Of a stretch of 64,000 bases of DNA, positions 25,626 to 36,186 are shown piece by piece. Each line of letters opens with the position of its first letter. The stretch's first letter is position 1. Origin of the DNA: Pelomyxa schiedti. Taxonomy: Eukaryota; Protista; Evosea. A program made the translations under genes and the position numbers. The notes below the pieces were generated by a model. That model saw only the letters and a program-made list of their open reading frames with translations, ran no database searches and was not told where the DNA came from. Where the stretch lies: the NCBI GenBank assembly GCA_020536535.1, contig JAHLWZ010000530.1:1-64000 (forward strand). Reading direction: 5' to 3'.

Positions 25626-26669
25626 ATGGACGCCGAGCGCAGATTGCAGGCATGTACCGCCGAGAGTTGTTTCAATCCATTCAACAACGTGACGGTGATG
25701 TTGTAGGACTGGCTACGGGACCCCGCGGCGCGCGAGGCCGCCGCCAAGCAAGTCGAGAGCGAGGACCGCCGCAAGGCCCGCGACACCCGCAAGCGCGTGT
25801 CGGAGGCCGTCGCGTCCTGCGACGCCGAGACCCGCGACCTCGTCCAGCCCCTGCTGAAGCTTCCGTACGTCGCCGAGATCCTGCGCCCGATGCTGGACGA
25901 CGACACGCACTCGGACCCGCGGCCCTTCGCCGAGAAGATGCGCGACCCCGTCGTACGCGCGCTGATGACCAAGCTGAACACCTCGGCGCGCGAGACCATC
26001 CGCCAGGACGGCAACCCCGAGCGCTTCCTCGAGTCGTGGAAGCGCACGTGCGGGTCGTGGGCCGAGGGCGAGGCCGTCCGACGCGAGCAGGCCGGGCAGT
26101 CCCACATGGTCCTGGACTACGCCAAGTGCGCCGTCATAATGAGCATGATCTCGGCGCAGAAGTCCGACGGCAACGCGGCCTTCAAGTCCGGGGACTACGC
26201 CGCGGCGCTGCGGCACTACTCGGACGCCGCGCAGACGCTGTGCAGGGCCAAGGGCGAGACGCCGGCCGAGGACCAGGTCATATCGGCCGAGAGGCTGGCG
26301 ATCCTCAAGAACGTCGCCATCACCAACCTCAAGCTGGGGGACCCGCGCGCGTGCGCCCAGGCCTGCGACGCCGTGCTGAAGGAATCGCCCGGCGACGTGA
26401 AGGCTCTGTACCGCCGCGGGATTGCCAGGACAAGCCTGGGCGAGTTCGACGGGGCCAGGTGCGACTTCAATGCGGTGCTAAGCGTCGAGAACAATGCGGA
26501 GGCAAGGCGTGCTCTTGCTGACGTGGACGTTGCGGAAAAGGCCCTTCAGGACAGGGAGCTGAACATTTACCGGAAAATGGTTAAAAAACCGGCTTCAGAA
26601 TCCACTGCAGCTACAACCACAACCACCTCCACTTCATCCTCAACCACCACAACTAGTACTAAGGAGTGA
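25626..26669 (+). CDS. TPR-repeat protein (FKBP/Cyp40-type TPR triad)
   Basis: KSDGNAAFKSGDYAAALRHY, ILKNVAITNLKLG and VKALYRRGIARTSLGEFDGA. First exon 25626-25649. Confidence 0.8.
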
Positions 26670-26810
26670 GCAAATTTCCCACAAAGTTTTGTTTTGGAAG
26701 TCCCACAAGGAAAAAAGAAACATAGAAAAATTCCCTAAGGTCTTTTTCTCATTATTGTCCAAGTGTTGAAAGAAAATGTACATTACACCATGTAACAATG
26801 GAGCATGTTT

Positions 26811-27671
26811 CTATCTATCCTTGAGGTTGATGCTATAGCCGGACAAAGTTCGGACTACTGCAGCAGCTGAGGCTGTGTCTGTTATGACGTGTATTTTGGA
26901 GAAACCTTTGCATAATGTCAACATGCCGGATTGGCTACAAAACAAGGAGTACCTTCATGTTCATTGGGTGGTTGCATTGTCCTCGAGAACTCGTCTATTA
27001 CATTACTGGCGTCGGGACCGTGTAGTGTTGGATGGTTTCTTCTCGTAGAAACTCTGCGTTTGCCTAATGTAATGGGTTTGTAAGAAGAATTATTCTCAGG
27101 CGTTCTGGGGTAAGCATACATTCGTCAATAGGTACATTTAAATGTACAACTTCAAAATTGACAGGTGCAAATTTTTGTGCTTCCCGTATCCACATTCTTC
27201 TTTCCTTTGAGAATCCATTGCACCTGCATTTTGTTGATTGGTTTGTAGTTTGTACAATTCCTGAAACCTGTCCAATATAACTGATCTCCTATGCTTGAGT
27301 GATTTTTGCATGAGCTTCATGCACTCATCAGAAGTTCCCAAGTCCTGAATTATGTCATAATGAACACATTCTATAATACAACGTTATGTAGGGTGTGAGG
27401 TGAGCCAAATTATATAAAACCTATTGAATTAGAGCCAAAAAAAAGTACTTACATCTTGGTTAACGCGTATCCACCCTCGTTGTTCAAGTGCTGTTGCCAA
27501 GTGTGATTTGCCTGACCCTGTCAATATGAAAAGTCACCAAAACAACCAATACAGAGCCACAGTTTGTTGTGGAGGCACAGATAACACACCAGGGACTCCC
27601 ACCAAAACAACCAACCAACAAGCAGCCGAACCCCCGCCACTTCCTCCCCCTCCTGTTCTTCGTGCTGCCAT
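26811..27671 (-). CDS. P-loop kinase (AAA_33 / polynucleotide-kinase-like), multi-exon
   Basis: Spliced LVVLVGVPGSGKSHLATALEQRGWIRVNQD-DLG...SVILDR-CN...RR..HPTL. The P-loop is split by an intron. Confidence 0.8.
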
Positions 27672-27801
27672 TGTCAATGGGTCAATGTGATGCGGCTGTT
27701 GAGTTCGGGTTTCCAAGAAGATAATACACAACAACAAAAATACTGGGTTGAGAAAAACGAATTAAGGAAGAGAAAGGGAATCGCGTTTTTTTGGGGGGTG
27801 T

Positions 27802-28580
27802 TTAGTGCAAGGACTCTTGGTGAAGAACGAGGAAAAGTCGTTCCTGGCATTCTTGCAATTTTCTGCCGTTACAAGAAGATTAGGCAAAAGGGCAAAAAAG
27901 TTAGGGCTAACTTGTTAACAAGGTCCAGGCAATCAGATTTTCTTTTTGCTTGTACATTCATATACTCAATCAACATTTCGCGGGCCTCGTGTGGCCTGTA
28001 GTTATTTATCACCTCAATCATGTTTTTAAACAAAGCCTAGAACCAGTTGGTTTAATGAATTGGGATAAGGTAGTTACCCGCAAATCTTGGACCTTGGTAG
28101 CATATTCAGCAGGATAATGCACTAAAATGTCCAGAAGCTGGATGTAGTTTGCAATCAGAGAGTAGTTTAGTTTTTTGAGTTCGGATATGGGCTCTGGAAG
28201 GTTAATGGTTTTTGGTTAATGCATGCCATAATAGTACCCGCTTAAACTTCTACTACTATATAGTTAGTTAGTTAGTTAAATGACTACTACGATATATTAC
28301 TTAAAGTGTTCGACCTGCTGTCGAATCATAAATTTTATCTCCCTCTGCCAGTGACGAAGCGGCCGACTGATAGCTAGTTACAAATTAACCCCAAACAGAA
28401 GGGGCCAAAACCCAACCCCAAGAGGTTGCATACGGCGGACTTTGCCACACCGAAACAAGAGTAGGGGGTGGTTGGTCCCGGTGGCGGTGGGGGCTGCAGC
28501 GCCCCAGACGACGACGGCCATTCAGCGTAGTTCTTGTAGTATTTGGGCGGTGGTGGGAAAAGCGGGCTCACGGCCGACAT
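27802..28580 (-). CDS. MED7: Mediator subunit 7
   Basis: FPPPPKYYK, PPPPP..YSCFG, ELKKLNYSLIANYIQLLDIL..P and LFKNMIEVINNYRPHEAREMLI. Confidence 0.85.
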
Positions 28581-28869
28581 GAACGACGGCACAAACTCGT
28601 AAAAAGGGCTGCTAGCAGATGGACTAACAAGCAGCTCTCTTGGTCAGAGGGAGGACTGAGAACTGAAACACATGAAAACGGATAACGGATTGGCATAATT
28701 GGATGAGGTGCTTTGGCCATCTCTCCGAATGAAGTGGGTTCCAATTTGGTTGGAAATGCCATCATGTTTTGACGAGACACTAGTCCCCGGAACCAAACAA
28801 AATGCCAAACTCATTGTGGTCACATTCATTAACACAAAATAAAATAAACATACGTTGCATTCGCAGGAG

Positions 28870-30012
28870 ATGCGGAGGACCGACCAACAACAAAAACGTG
28901 AACCACGCAACCGCACGCGGCAGCAGGGGGCTGCTGGCTCATCCACAACACACGTCGTCAAGCAGAGATCTCCCGTCGTTCTCGCCCGCGACCAGTTCCT
29001 CGCCATCGCCTCGGCGTGGCACCCCCGCTGCGGCGCCCCCAGCCCCGCCAGGATCGCCGCCCGCGTCCCCACGCTGATGCGCACGCTGTGGGGCATGTGG
29101 GTGCTCGACCGCCCGATGCTGCTGCGCATGGTGTGCGACCGCAACGCGTCCGAGCGCATGTGGAAGTCGACCCTGACCCAGGAGCTCTGCACGGTGGCCT
29201 TGCGCGCGTCGCCGGCGCTCTCGGGCCTGGTCGTGCGCGCAGCCGACGCCGGGGGCCTGAGGATTGACTCTGGGAACACTACTTTGGTGGGCGCGAAGCC
29301 GAAGGGCATGTGGAGCGCCAGGGGCATCATGTTTGGCGAAGACCAAGTCTGGAAAGTGGACCCGCCGTCCGGCGCCAGTTTCTGCACCAAGTACGCGCCT
29401 TTGGCTGAGGTTTCTGTTGCAGTGATTGGAAAGCCTGCGACTAGACTCGAAATTACTGAAAGCAACAAGAAAGAGAGCAAGGTAATGCTATCGAGCTGCG
29501 AGATTCTTCCACCAGACAAAAGCTTCGTGGTTTGCTTGATATACACTATGGTTTTCAAACACCAACGCAACTCGGCTGAAAGTGTGTACATTGTCATCTG
29601 TTCAAAGGAGGTTGAGCACATATACCATTCCACTGTGACCAGAGTTGAATCCAGTACTGGAAAATCACATGTTTTGAAGGTCTGTGATGGAGGAGGCGCA
29701 CTCACTCCATGTCAAGTGAATGAGACACTCTTTTTGATTACATTTGGTGCCATGGTTGGTGCAACACACTACGAAGTATGGAGCAGCAAAGAAGACAAGG
29801 CATTGAGGGTTGTGGATCAAAAAGAAATCTTTGGCTATGAACTGATTGCGGAAGAGGGTTTCATTTTCCAACTCGACCACCGTTGTGGAGGTGCATGCCA
29901 TAAAGAAAACCACAAGAAGCTTACAGTAATTGAGGCCCGTTCTGGGATGGTTATTCTGACTTTGCGCCACTTTGTCATTTCCCACTTGCTCTGGTGTGTT
30001 GCTTCTGTCTAA
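28870..30012 (+). CDS. Intronless member of a lineage-expanded family (AR-x-Q...H(x)PRCG..S-x-AR N-terminal motif)
   Basis: ARDQFLAIASAWHPRCGAPSPARIAARVPTLMRTLWGMWV followed by a beta-rich region. Confidence 0.75.
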   Translation: MRRTDQQQKREPRNRTRQQGAAGSSTTHVVKQRSPVVLARDQFLAIASAWHPRCGAPSPARIAARVPTLMRTLWGMWVLDRPMLLRMVCDRNASERMWKSTLTQELCTVALRASPALSGLVVRAADAGGLRIDSGNTTLVGAKPKGMWSARGIMFGEDQVWKVDPPSGASFCTKYAPLAEVSVAVIGKPATRLEITESNKKESKVMLSSCEILPPDKSFVVCLIYTMVFKHQRNSAESVYIVICSKEVEHIYHSTVTRVESSTGKSHVLKVCDGGGALTPCQVNETLFLITFGAMVGATHYEVWSSKEDKALRVVDQKEIFGYELIAEEGFIFQLDHRCGGACHKENHKKLTVIEARSGMVILTLRHFVISHLLWCVASV

Positions 30013-30061
30013 CCCACAGAACAATCCCAAATTCAAAAGAAATGTTGTTTGTATTCGTTCT

Positions 30062-31204
30062 TCACCATTTGCGGGAAGATAACGGGATGCAAGGTTCTTT
30101 TGTGGTTAGGATTCCTAGGGCTACACCTGAGAGACCGTCACAAATTTGTAAGGAAGAAGCGTCACAAGTCTGTTGGCACACAAGTCCACACCCACAGGAC
30201 AAAACATGATCAAGGGCAATAAGTGGTTCGGTGAAATTGTCGATGTCGAAAATCTGGCACTGGAAAACATTTGATTCCGGAATAACTCCAACATGATGGT
30301 TGTCCAGAGGGCACACCCAGCTTGCATCATGAATTAGTCCCCGGCTTTGAGTAACACAGTTGTATGTGGCTATGGATTTTGCAGTGCTTTCAATATCTGA
30401 ATACTTTGACATGTTGGCAATAAGCAATGGTCCGGAGAAGTCGGCACTGCCGAAACCAACACTGATTATGCTAACACAAAACAGCGACTTGGTCTCAAAA
30501 GTTCTGTTCACGTCCACAAAAACCAGGTCGCCAGTTGACAGTAGGATTGAGAGTTCGTCGCCAGGCCCAACCACATAAGGGGGCAGCAGATTCGACGTGA
30601 AGTGCGCCACGTCCTGCACGGTAATCTCAAACGGAACCAGAATTTCGTCGCCCTGCGGAGGGCCCAGCAGCGTGCCGTCGACTACCCGCCACACAGCTGA
30701 TCGCGAATTACCCAGCGAAACAAGCCACTTGGAATTTGCTGCCACAGTGGCCGGCAGCCCGCCGTTGAGCTCCCCCAGGTCCCTCAGCACCTGCACCCGC
30801 GAGTCCCCGCCGCCCCCGGGGACCCGCAGCACGCGGTAGGCCCACGAGCCGGGCACACAGACCAGCACCGCGGAGTCGCCCACGAGCGCGGCGGCCGTGA
30901 GCTCGTCCTCGCCTTCGTCCTGGCGCAGGCCGGCCTCCAGGGACGCGGCGGAGACGACCCCCAGGGTGGGGGACAGGCCCAGGAGCAGCGGGAAGACGCT
31001 GAGCCCGGGGAGGCTGTGCTCGAGGCTCAGGTTGAAGGCCACGTGGGTGGACCTGCGGACTACCCAGGAGACCCCCAGCATGTGCAGCACGGTTGGTGTG
31101 AGGAGCCGGGCGTGGCTGGAGCTTCCACATCGGGGAACGTGTGTTGCAGTTGCTAGGGCCACCAACTGCCGCCGGGCATCCAGCACCCTCTCAAAGCTCA
31201 ACAT
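30062..31204 (-). CDS. Second intronless member of the same family, convergent with the first
   Basis: ARRQLVALATATHVPRCGSSSHARLLTPTVLHMLGVSWVV..LSPTLGVV; 380-aa ORF. Confidence 0.75.
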   Translation of the reverse strand: MLSFERVLDARRQLVALATATHVPRCGSSSHARLLTPTVLHMLGVSWVVRRSTHVAFNLSLEHSLPGLSVFPLLLGLSPTLGVVSAASLEAGLRQDEGEDELTAAALVGDSAVLVCVPGSWAYRVLRVPGGGGDSRVQVLRDLGELNGGLPATVAANSKWLVSLGNSRSAVWRVVDGTLLGPPQGDEILVPFEITVQDVAHFTSNLLPPYVVGPGDELSILLSTGDLVFVDVNRTFETKSLFCVSIISVGFGSADFSGPLLIANMSKYSDIESTAKSIATYNCVTQSRGLIHDASWVCPLDNHHVGVIPESNVFQCQIFDIDNFTEPLIALDHVLSCGCGLVCQQTCDASSLQICDGLSGVALGILTTKEPCIPLSSRKW

Positions 31205-31311
31205 TTGTTTGATTCGGCTTTTTCACTGAAGCACTCCTCAAGAGTGTTCCGGAGTCTTACTTCAGAAAAAGTTGGTTTTACACGCGAAGGAACGTTGTTG
31301 TCGGTCGGAGA

Positions 31312-33342
31312 ATGAGCGGGGCAAAACCAAGGAAGCTACCCAAGTTTGTTCGTTTCTTGGCAGCTGGTCCACGAGGCGTTGGCAAGTCATCGTTGGTTGA
31401 GATGTATGTTTTTGGGAAGTGCACCATTGTGTGGTAACAAACTTTTTTCTTTGAAGACAATACTGGGGATCACTGGAGGGGTATAAGTCTTGGCAGAACA
31501 GTTGCTCAACTTTGGTGCCAGATGTGTGTTTCTATTCAATTAATTGCCCAATAGTTTTAAACTTCACTACCAACACCCACTAGTATGTGCAAAACTTTCA
31601 AGTTGATGGTTGTACATATGCAGCTTTTCTGGGTGATATGTAGAGACCAGTTGCTTTTATATACCACATTCAATTCTCTTTAAATGAAAAGGCATGCCTG
31701 GGAACAAGAATCTGTGGGCTTGACACCTTACATGTACGTTTTCTCCCCTTCTAACAAAGTATTCATTGCATTGTTGAAGGCTTAGGGCAGCAGATGTTAT
31801 TTTACTCTGCTTTTCCATTATTAATAGGCCGTCATTTACTGAGGCTATCACAACTTATCACTCCAAAATAAGAGAAATATCGGAGGTTAGAAGAATTCCA
31901 TTGCAAGAGAATAAATCCTTCATACATCTAATGAAGTTACAGAGTACCATCCTCCTAGTGGGACTCAAGCTAGACCTTGTTGAAGACAAGTCTGTTGATA
32001 AGGTACCGTTTTTTTTTTTTTTTCAACACTATTGAGCCGAAAAGGTGGGCCCAGTGATTACTTTTGAGGAGGGAATTAAAGCAGCCATAAATCTTAATGC
32101 TTTTGGATATTGTCAGTGCAGGTTCTCTATCACTCTTAAATACGACAACTAATTTCTCTCAAGTTCCCACCTGCGTATTGGGACTTCTGAGGTATTTCAA
32201 GAAGGAATTCGTGCATGTACTCTGCTGAATAAAACCAAAACTACTCCTGCGCCAGCCAAAAATTCAGGTGGCTTTTTTAGCACGCTCTTCAACTCTCTTA
32301 TGACTAAAAGACCCAAGTATGCTTGCCTTAAAACAATTTAATTGTAAGTTTCCAAAACTAGGGAGATATCTGCACCTACAGTCGCACAAACTTGTGTGGA
32401 AATTATTCCAGATACTCTCTGGAGTGGTTACTTCCAATTGAAGTTCCGTTTAAACTTTAATTGTACCAACAGAAATTCTATGCTTTCTCCATTTTGTATC
32501 ACTGATCAGACTATCACGGACCTGCAAGAAGTTTTATCACCTTTGCAAGGCTGAGCCACTTTGGTCCAACGCGAAGAACGGGTCTTGGAATATCCCCTCT
32601 GTCAGTAACGACAAACTGTCATGGCGCAATGGTATCACATTCGCCCCTCGGAAAGTTACACTTCCTGACTATGTATCTGATTTTCCCTCCATCGTATCCT
32701 TGACTGATAATACTTTTAGGATCCACCAGAGAGGGTGTGCTTTGGACCAAATGCCACAATAACTTTAGCAAGTGGCAAGCTTCGTCCAATGAAAGACCTC
32801 CGCGTAGGTGATCAAGTTGCCACTGGAAACCGCAGTGCAAATATCGGCTATGTCTCTTGCATTTGGAGGTTGTGTTCAACAACTCCACCATTTCTAATCC
32901 TTTCATACCCTCCCCACAAAAAAAAAGGTGTTTTACAAGTGCCCCGGTTTCGATGGTGGTACGCGAGGCACCTTTACCATCCAGTCAAGGAATGCTTGAA
33001 ATTACTCCTGACCACCCTATCATGGTCAACGATGTGTGGTGCCTGCCTACCTCTCTTGGTGTTCCCACAATGATGCCTGTGGATTGCCTCTACAACATTG
33101 TCATAACTCCAACAACACCCAACAACAGTGGAACTCTCAGTACAAGTAACGGCGACAGAAACAAGACCACCAACCACCAGCAAACCGTGATTGTGGGAGG
33201 TGTGACTTGCTGCACCTTGGGAATGACTGTGCCTGGCTACGAAGATCCTTTCTGGGGCACGCAACTCATCATCGACTGGCTCTCAAAGAGGCCGGATTTC
33301 CCAAATGTCTGTACCCAGGACACCTCCCGTCTATGTTTGTAA
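31312..33342 (+). CDS. Rho-like GTPase - F-box - Hint/Vint fusion protein (~10 introns)
   Basis: Spliced: GPRGVGKSS (P-loop), ADVILLCFSI, ILLVGLKLDL, ITFEEG..YCQCSS..EVFQEGIRA. F-box IPDTLWSEILCFLHFVSLIRLSRTCKKFYHLCKAEPLW. Hint CFGPNATITLASGKLRPMKDLRVGDQV..ITPDHPI. Vint tail LYNIV..VIVGGVTCCTLG..DPFWGT. Confidence 0.8.
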
Positions 33343-33390
33343 ATATCTTGGTGAAGTTCTTCATTCACTATTTTCATCAAAAAAAAAAAA

Positions 33391-34235
33391 ATGAGCGACG
33401 GCGAAAGGCCACGAGAGGGCGACGTAGCCCGATCGGGCACCGAGGAGCGAGGTGCAACTGCAACCGCAACATCGACGTCTACGTCTTCGTCGGCGTCGGT
33501 TGGCGAAGGCGGCGGATCTGTCGATGTGTTTGAGGTGTTTCGGTGCGGGTCTGCGACGCGGAACGAGTTGATGTCTACGCCCGAGGCGCAGCTGAAACGG
33601 ACCTACACTATGTTGGTGCCTGTCACATCTCACGATCAAATTATGGCACCCGGCTGTGCTTTGGCCTGCGTACCAAAACCAGGTTCTTTCGTGAGGGTAA
33701 CTTATGTAGCATTACTATCTTATCTTTGTTGTAAATTACTGTATGTATGCCTGTCAAACCAAGCTAATCATGCACCCTCCCTCTTTTGTTTCCCCCCATA
33801 GGGCACATGGTTATTGACCAAGGGCAGTATGAAGTAATTCGATTACTCTCTTGTTGAAGTGCCAACACACCACATTTAACGTTGGGATTCCAGGCCAAAG
33901 TAAGGGACACTGTGGCCCGAGTAATGTCACAGAAGGCTGGGGAGCTCCGCGCCCAACGCGATGAGCGAGTATGCACTATCGCGGACAAGCTGCTGGACTT
34001 CTCTGGCAAGACAAAGCAGATTGTGCACAGAGACGTTGAGGTGCTGTGTGCAAGCGTGGACCGGGCGCATGAGCACCTTGACAGGATCCAGCAGAACCAG
34101 CACGATTCCACGGAGCCATCTACACCCACTAGTGAACTGATCGCTATGCTGAGGTCTGAGTTACAGTCCATTGCAAGGGTGGCCAAGTCCCACGAAACTT
34201 TGTTGAGCTCCATGTTACCTCAGTCATCAGAGTGA
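33391..34235 (+). CDS. Hypothetical protein with a C-terminal helical/coiled-coil region
   Basis: ORFs 33391-33801 and 33882-34235 can be joined via GT..AG introns, one of them only ~26 nt; no family recognised. Confidence 0.45.
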
Positions 34236-34509
34236 ATGCCAAAAGGCTATTGAAGACATCATGAATTCCAGTACTTGCTTTTTTAGTGTTAGAACAACGC
34301 TATTCTATCCAAATTCGAGGAACACGAAGAAAGAACCTTGAAATTTAATTAATACTGTTGTCTGTAATGGCTGCAACCAACCGTCTATCGGTATTTCCTG
34401 GCGGTATTGTCAGACCAAAAAAACAAGTGGGAAAGACAACATACAAGTTCCCTAGGCACCAGGTCTCCCACACTATCACCTTTGGAAAAGAAGTAATGTT
34501 GTTTTCTCC

Positions 34510-34680
34510 CACGCCTCCACTCTAAATCCCCGACTTCTCTTGAACTTGCGGTGGCCAGCTATCCCAACACCAACAGGAGGAGGCATGTAAAGCACTACTT
34601 GATGTTCGCAGGGCACACGTGCTGTGCCGAGGTAGATTGGGTTGGGATAGTGACCACCACACTGTGAGGTGTGCTGGGGT
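34510..34680 (+). mobile_element. Possible decayed RLE-type (CRE/R2-like) non-LTR retrotransposon zinc-knuckle fragment
   Basis: Translation IPDFS*TCGGQLSQHQQEEACKALLDVRRAHVLCRGRLGWDSDHHTVR resembles the C..C..LD..G.H..C..G....RH..VR motif; in-frame stop. Confidence 0.3.
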
Positions 34681-36186
34681 GTTGATGGTTGTTGTTTTAC
34701 TTGTGTAGTAAGGGAGAAAGAAGCCCGAATACAAACACAAGAGTTTATTGTTTATTACTTTAGCTTTTTGCTTGCTATAACTACGATGGTGTTGTTCCCG
34801 CCTTATAAAGGCGCTAGAATCAGTTCTAGGTGTCGCCTGGATCTCCCTCAGGGTCCCAACAGATTCGCAGTAGTTTTCCCAGAAATCCATCAGTGATTAG
34901 AACCGTACTTAGAACTACAGCGACGCGAAGTCACCTCGCCACACGTGCCGTCTCTGCTTTTGGCCGAGATAACACCTCGGAAGTGGGCAGTAGATTATGG
35001 GTTCGGCTGCCGATGAACGAGGAGGACAGTAAGAACACCACGCTGACCGGTAGACGTGCTGTAAGCGGCATTGTGGTCCGTCGGTGGCTCATCGTCTCAT
35101 CCGCGCCAGGGTCCAGTCGCAGATCTGTTAAATACCACAAGTTTCCCACAATTTGAAATTTTCTCCTGGGAAGTGGTACCGCGGGTGCCATAACAAAAAA
35201 AACCCTCTTTTCCACAACACCACACAACAACAAATAAAAACAACAAACTCTAAACAACAAATACCACTTACACCAAGTCACAGTCATTTCCGCCATCAAA
35301 ACCAACACCAAGTCTCACCAAACAACAAACTCCCACATCAACCCTACTACATACACCCCTTGCAAAGAGTCAAGCACAATCACAGTCAAAACCTCCCCAC
35401 ATCTTGCAAAGAGTCATCAAGCACAATCACACCAAGTCTCATCACAAATTCCTGATAAGTTGAATGAGAGCCGCCCCTGCGTATTGTGGCTTTTGTGAAA
35501 CTAGGACCTGCGAAGTTCTATGATGTAGCTTGGAGGTTGCATAGTTGAAAAATGACATAGATTTGAACCCTCTTAAGCTCTAACTTAACCCACTATTGAT
35601 TTCTTGGGCCAACACTGCATTGTTCCCCGTGACACTAAGGTACCTTTGCCGCAAGAATTTGAAAAAATACTCTTTTAGATGCAACATTCTTGTGGACCAT
35701 TACCCCGATGGGGTGCGCAAGTACGATTTCAGATTGCTGTTGTGACCGAGTATTCCGATTTGAGTTTTCTGCTGGGAAAGGCAAGGAGCACTGGGGTGCC
35801 CCAGGGAACATACCGCCAGAACTTCTGTTGAATACTGCAACAAGCGCCTCTGCCGTACACAACGCAGCAGATACACCTGAAGCCACCAACACTTCGGCTC
35901 CGCCGCACCCTCTTGCAGAACAGTTTTCTAACGCAAAGCCGAAGCCGATTCCTATGCGGCAGCCAGAACTTTCTGGCTGCTGATGTGCGAAGATCCCGAG
36001 AGTACTCAGCAAGGGTTGCCACCACACAACTGATGGAGACATACCGTGTCCCTGCTGGAAAGTCTTCGGCTCACAGACTTTCGGAAAAGACTACTATCTC
36101 TGCCGAGAAGCTCCGCACCAAAAAAAACAAACGTCGAAAAAAAAACCACCAAATTGAACCATCAAATAAAAAAGACTTCGTGGAAA

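Noticed and set aside
25547-26521. Long overlapping alternative-frame and antisense ORFs
   Set aside because: Expected by-product of high GC3 in the TPR gene; Arg/Gly-rich nonsense translations.
28644-29705. 353-aa minus-strand ORF
   Set aside because: Codon-aligned antisense shadow of the 28870-30012 gene.
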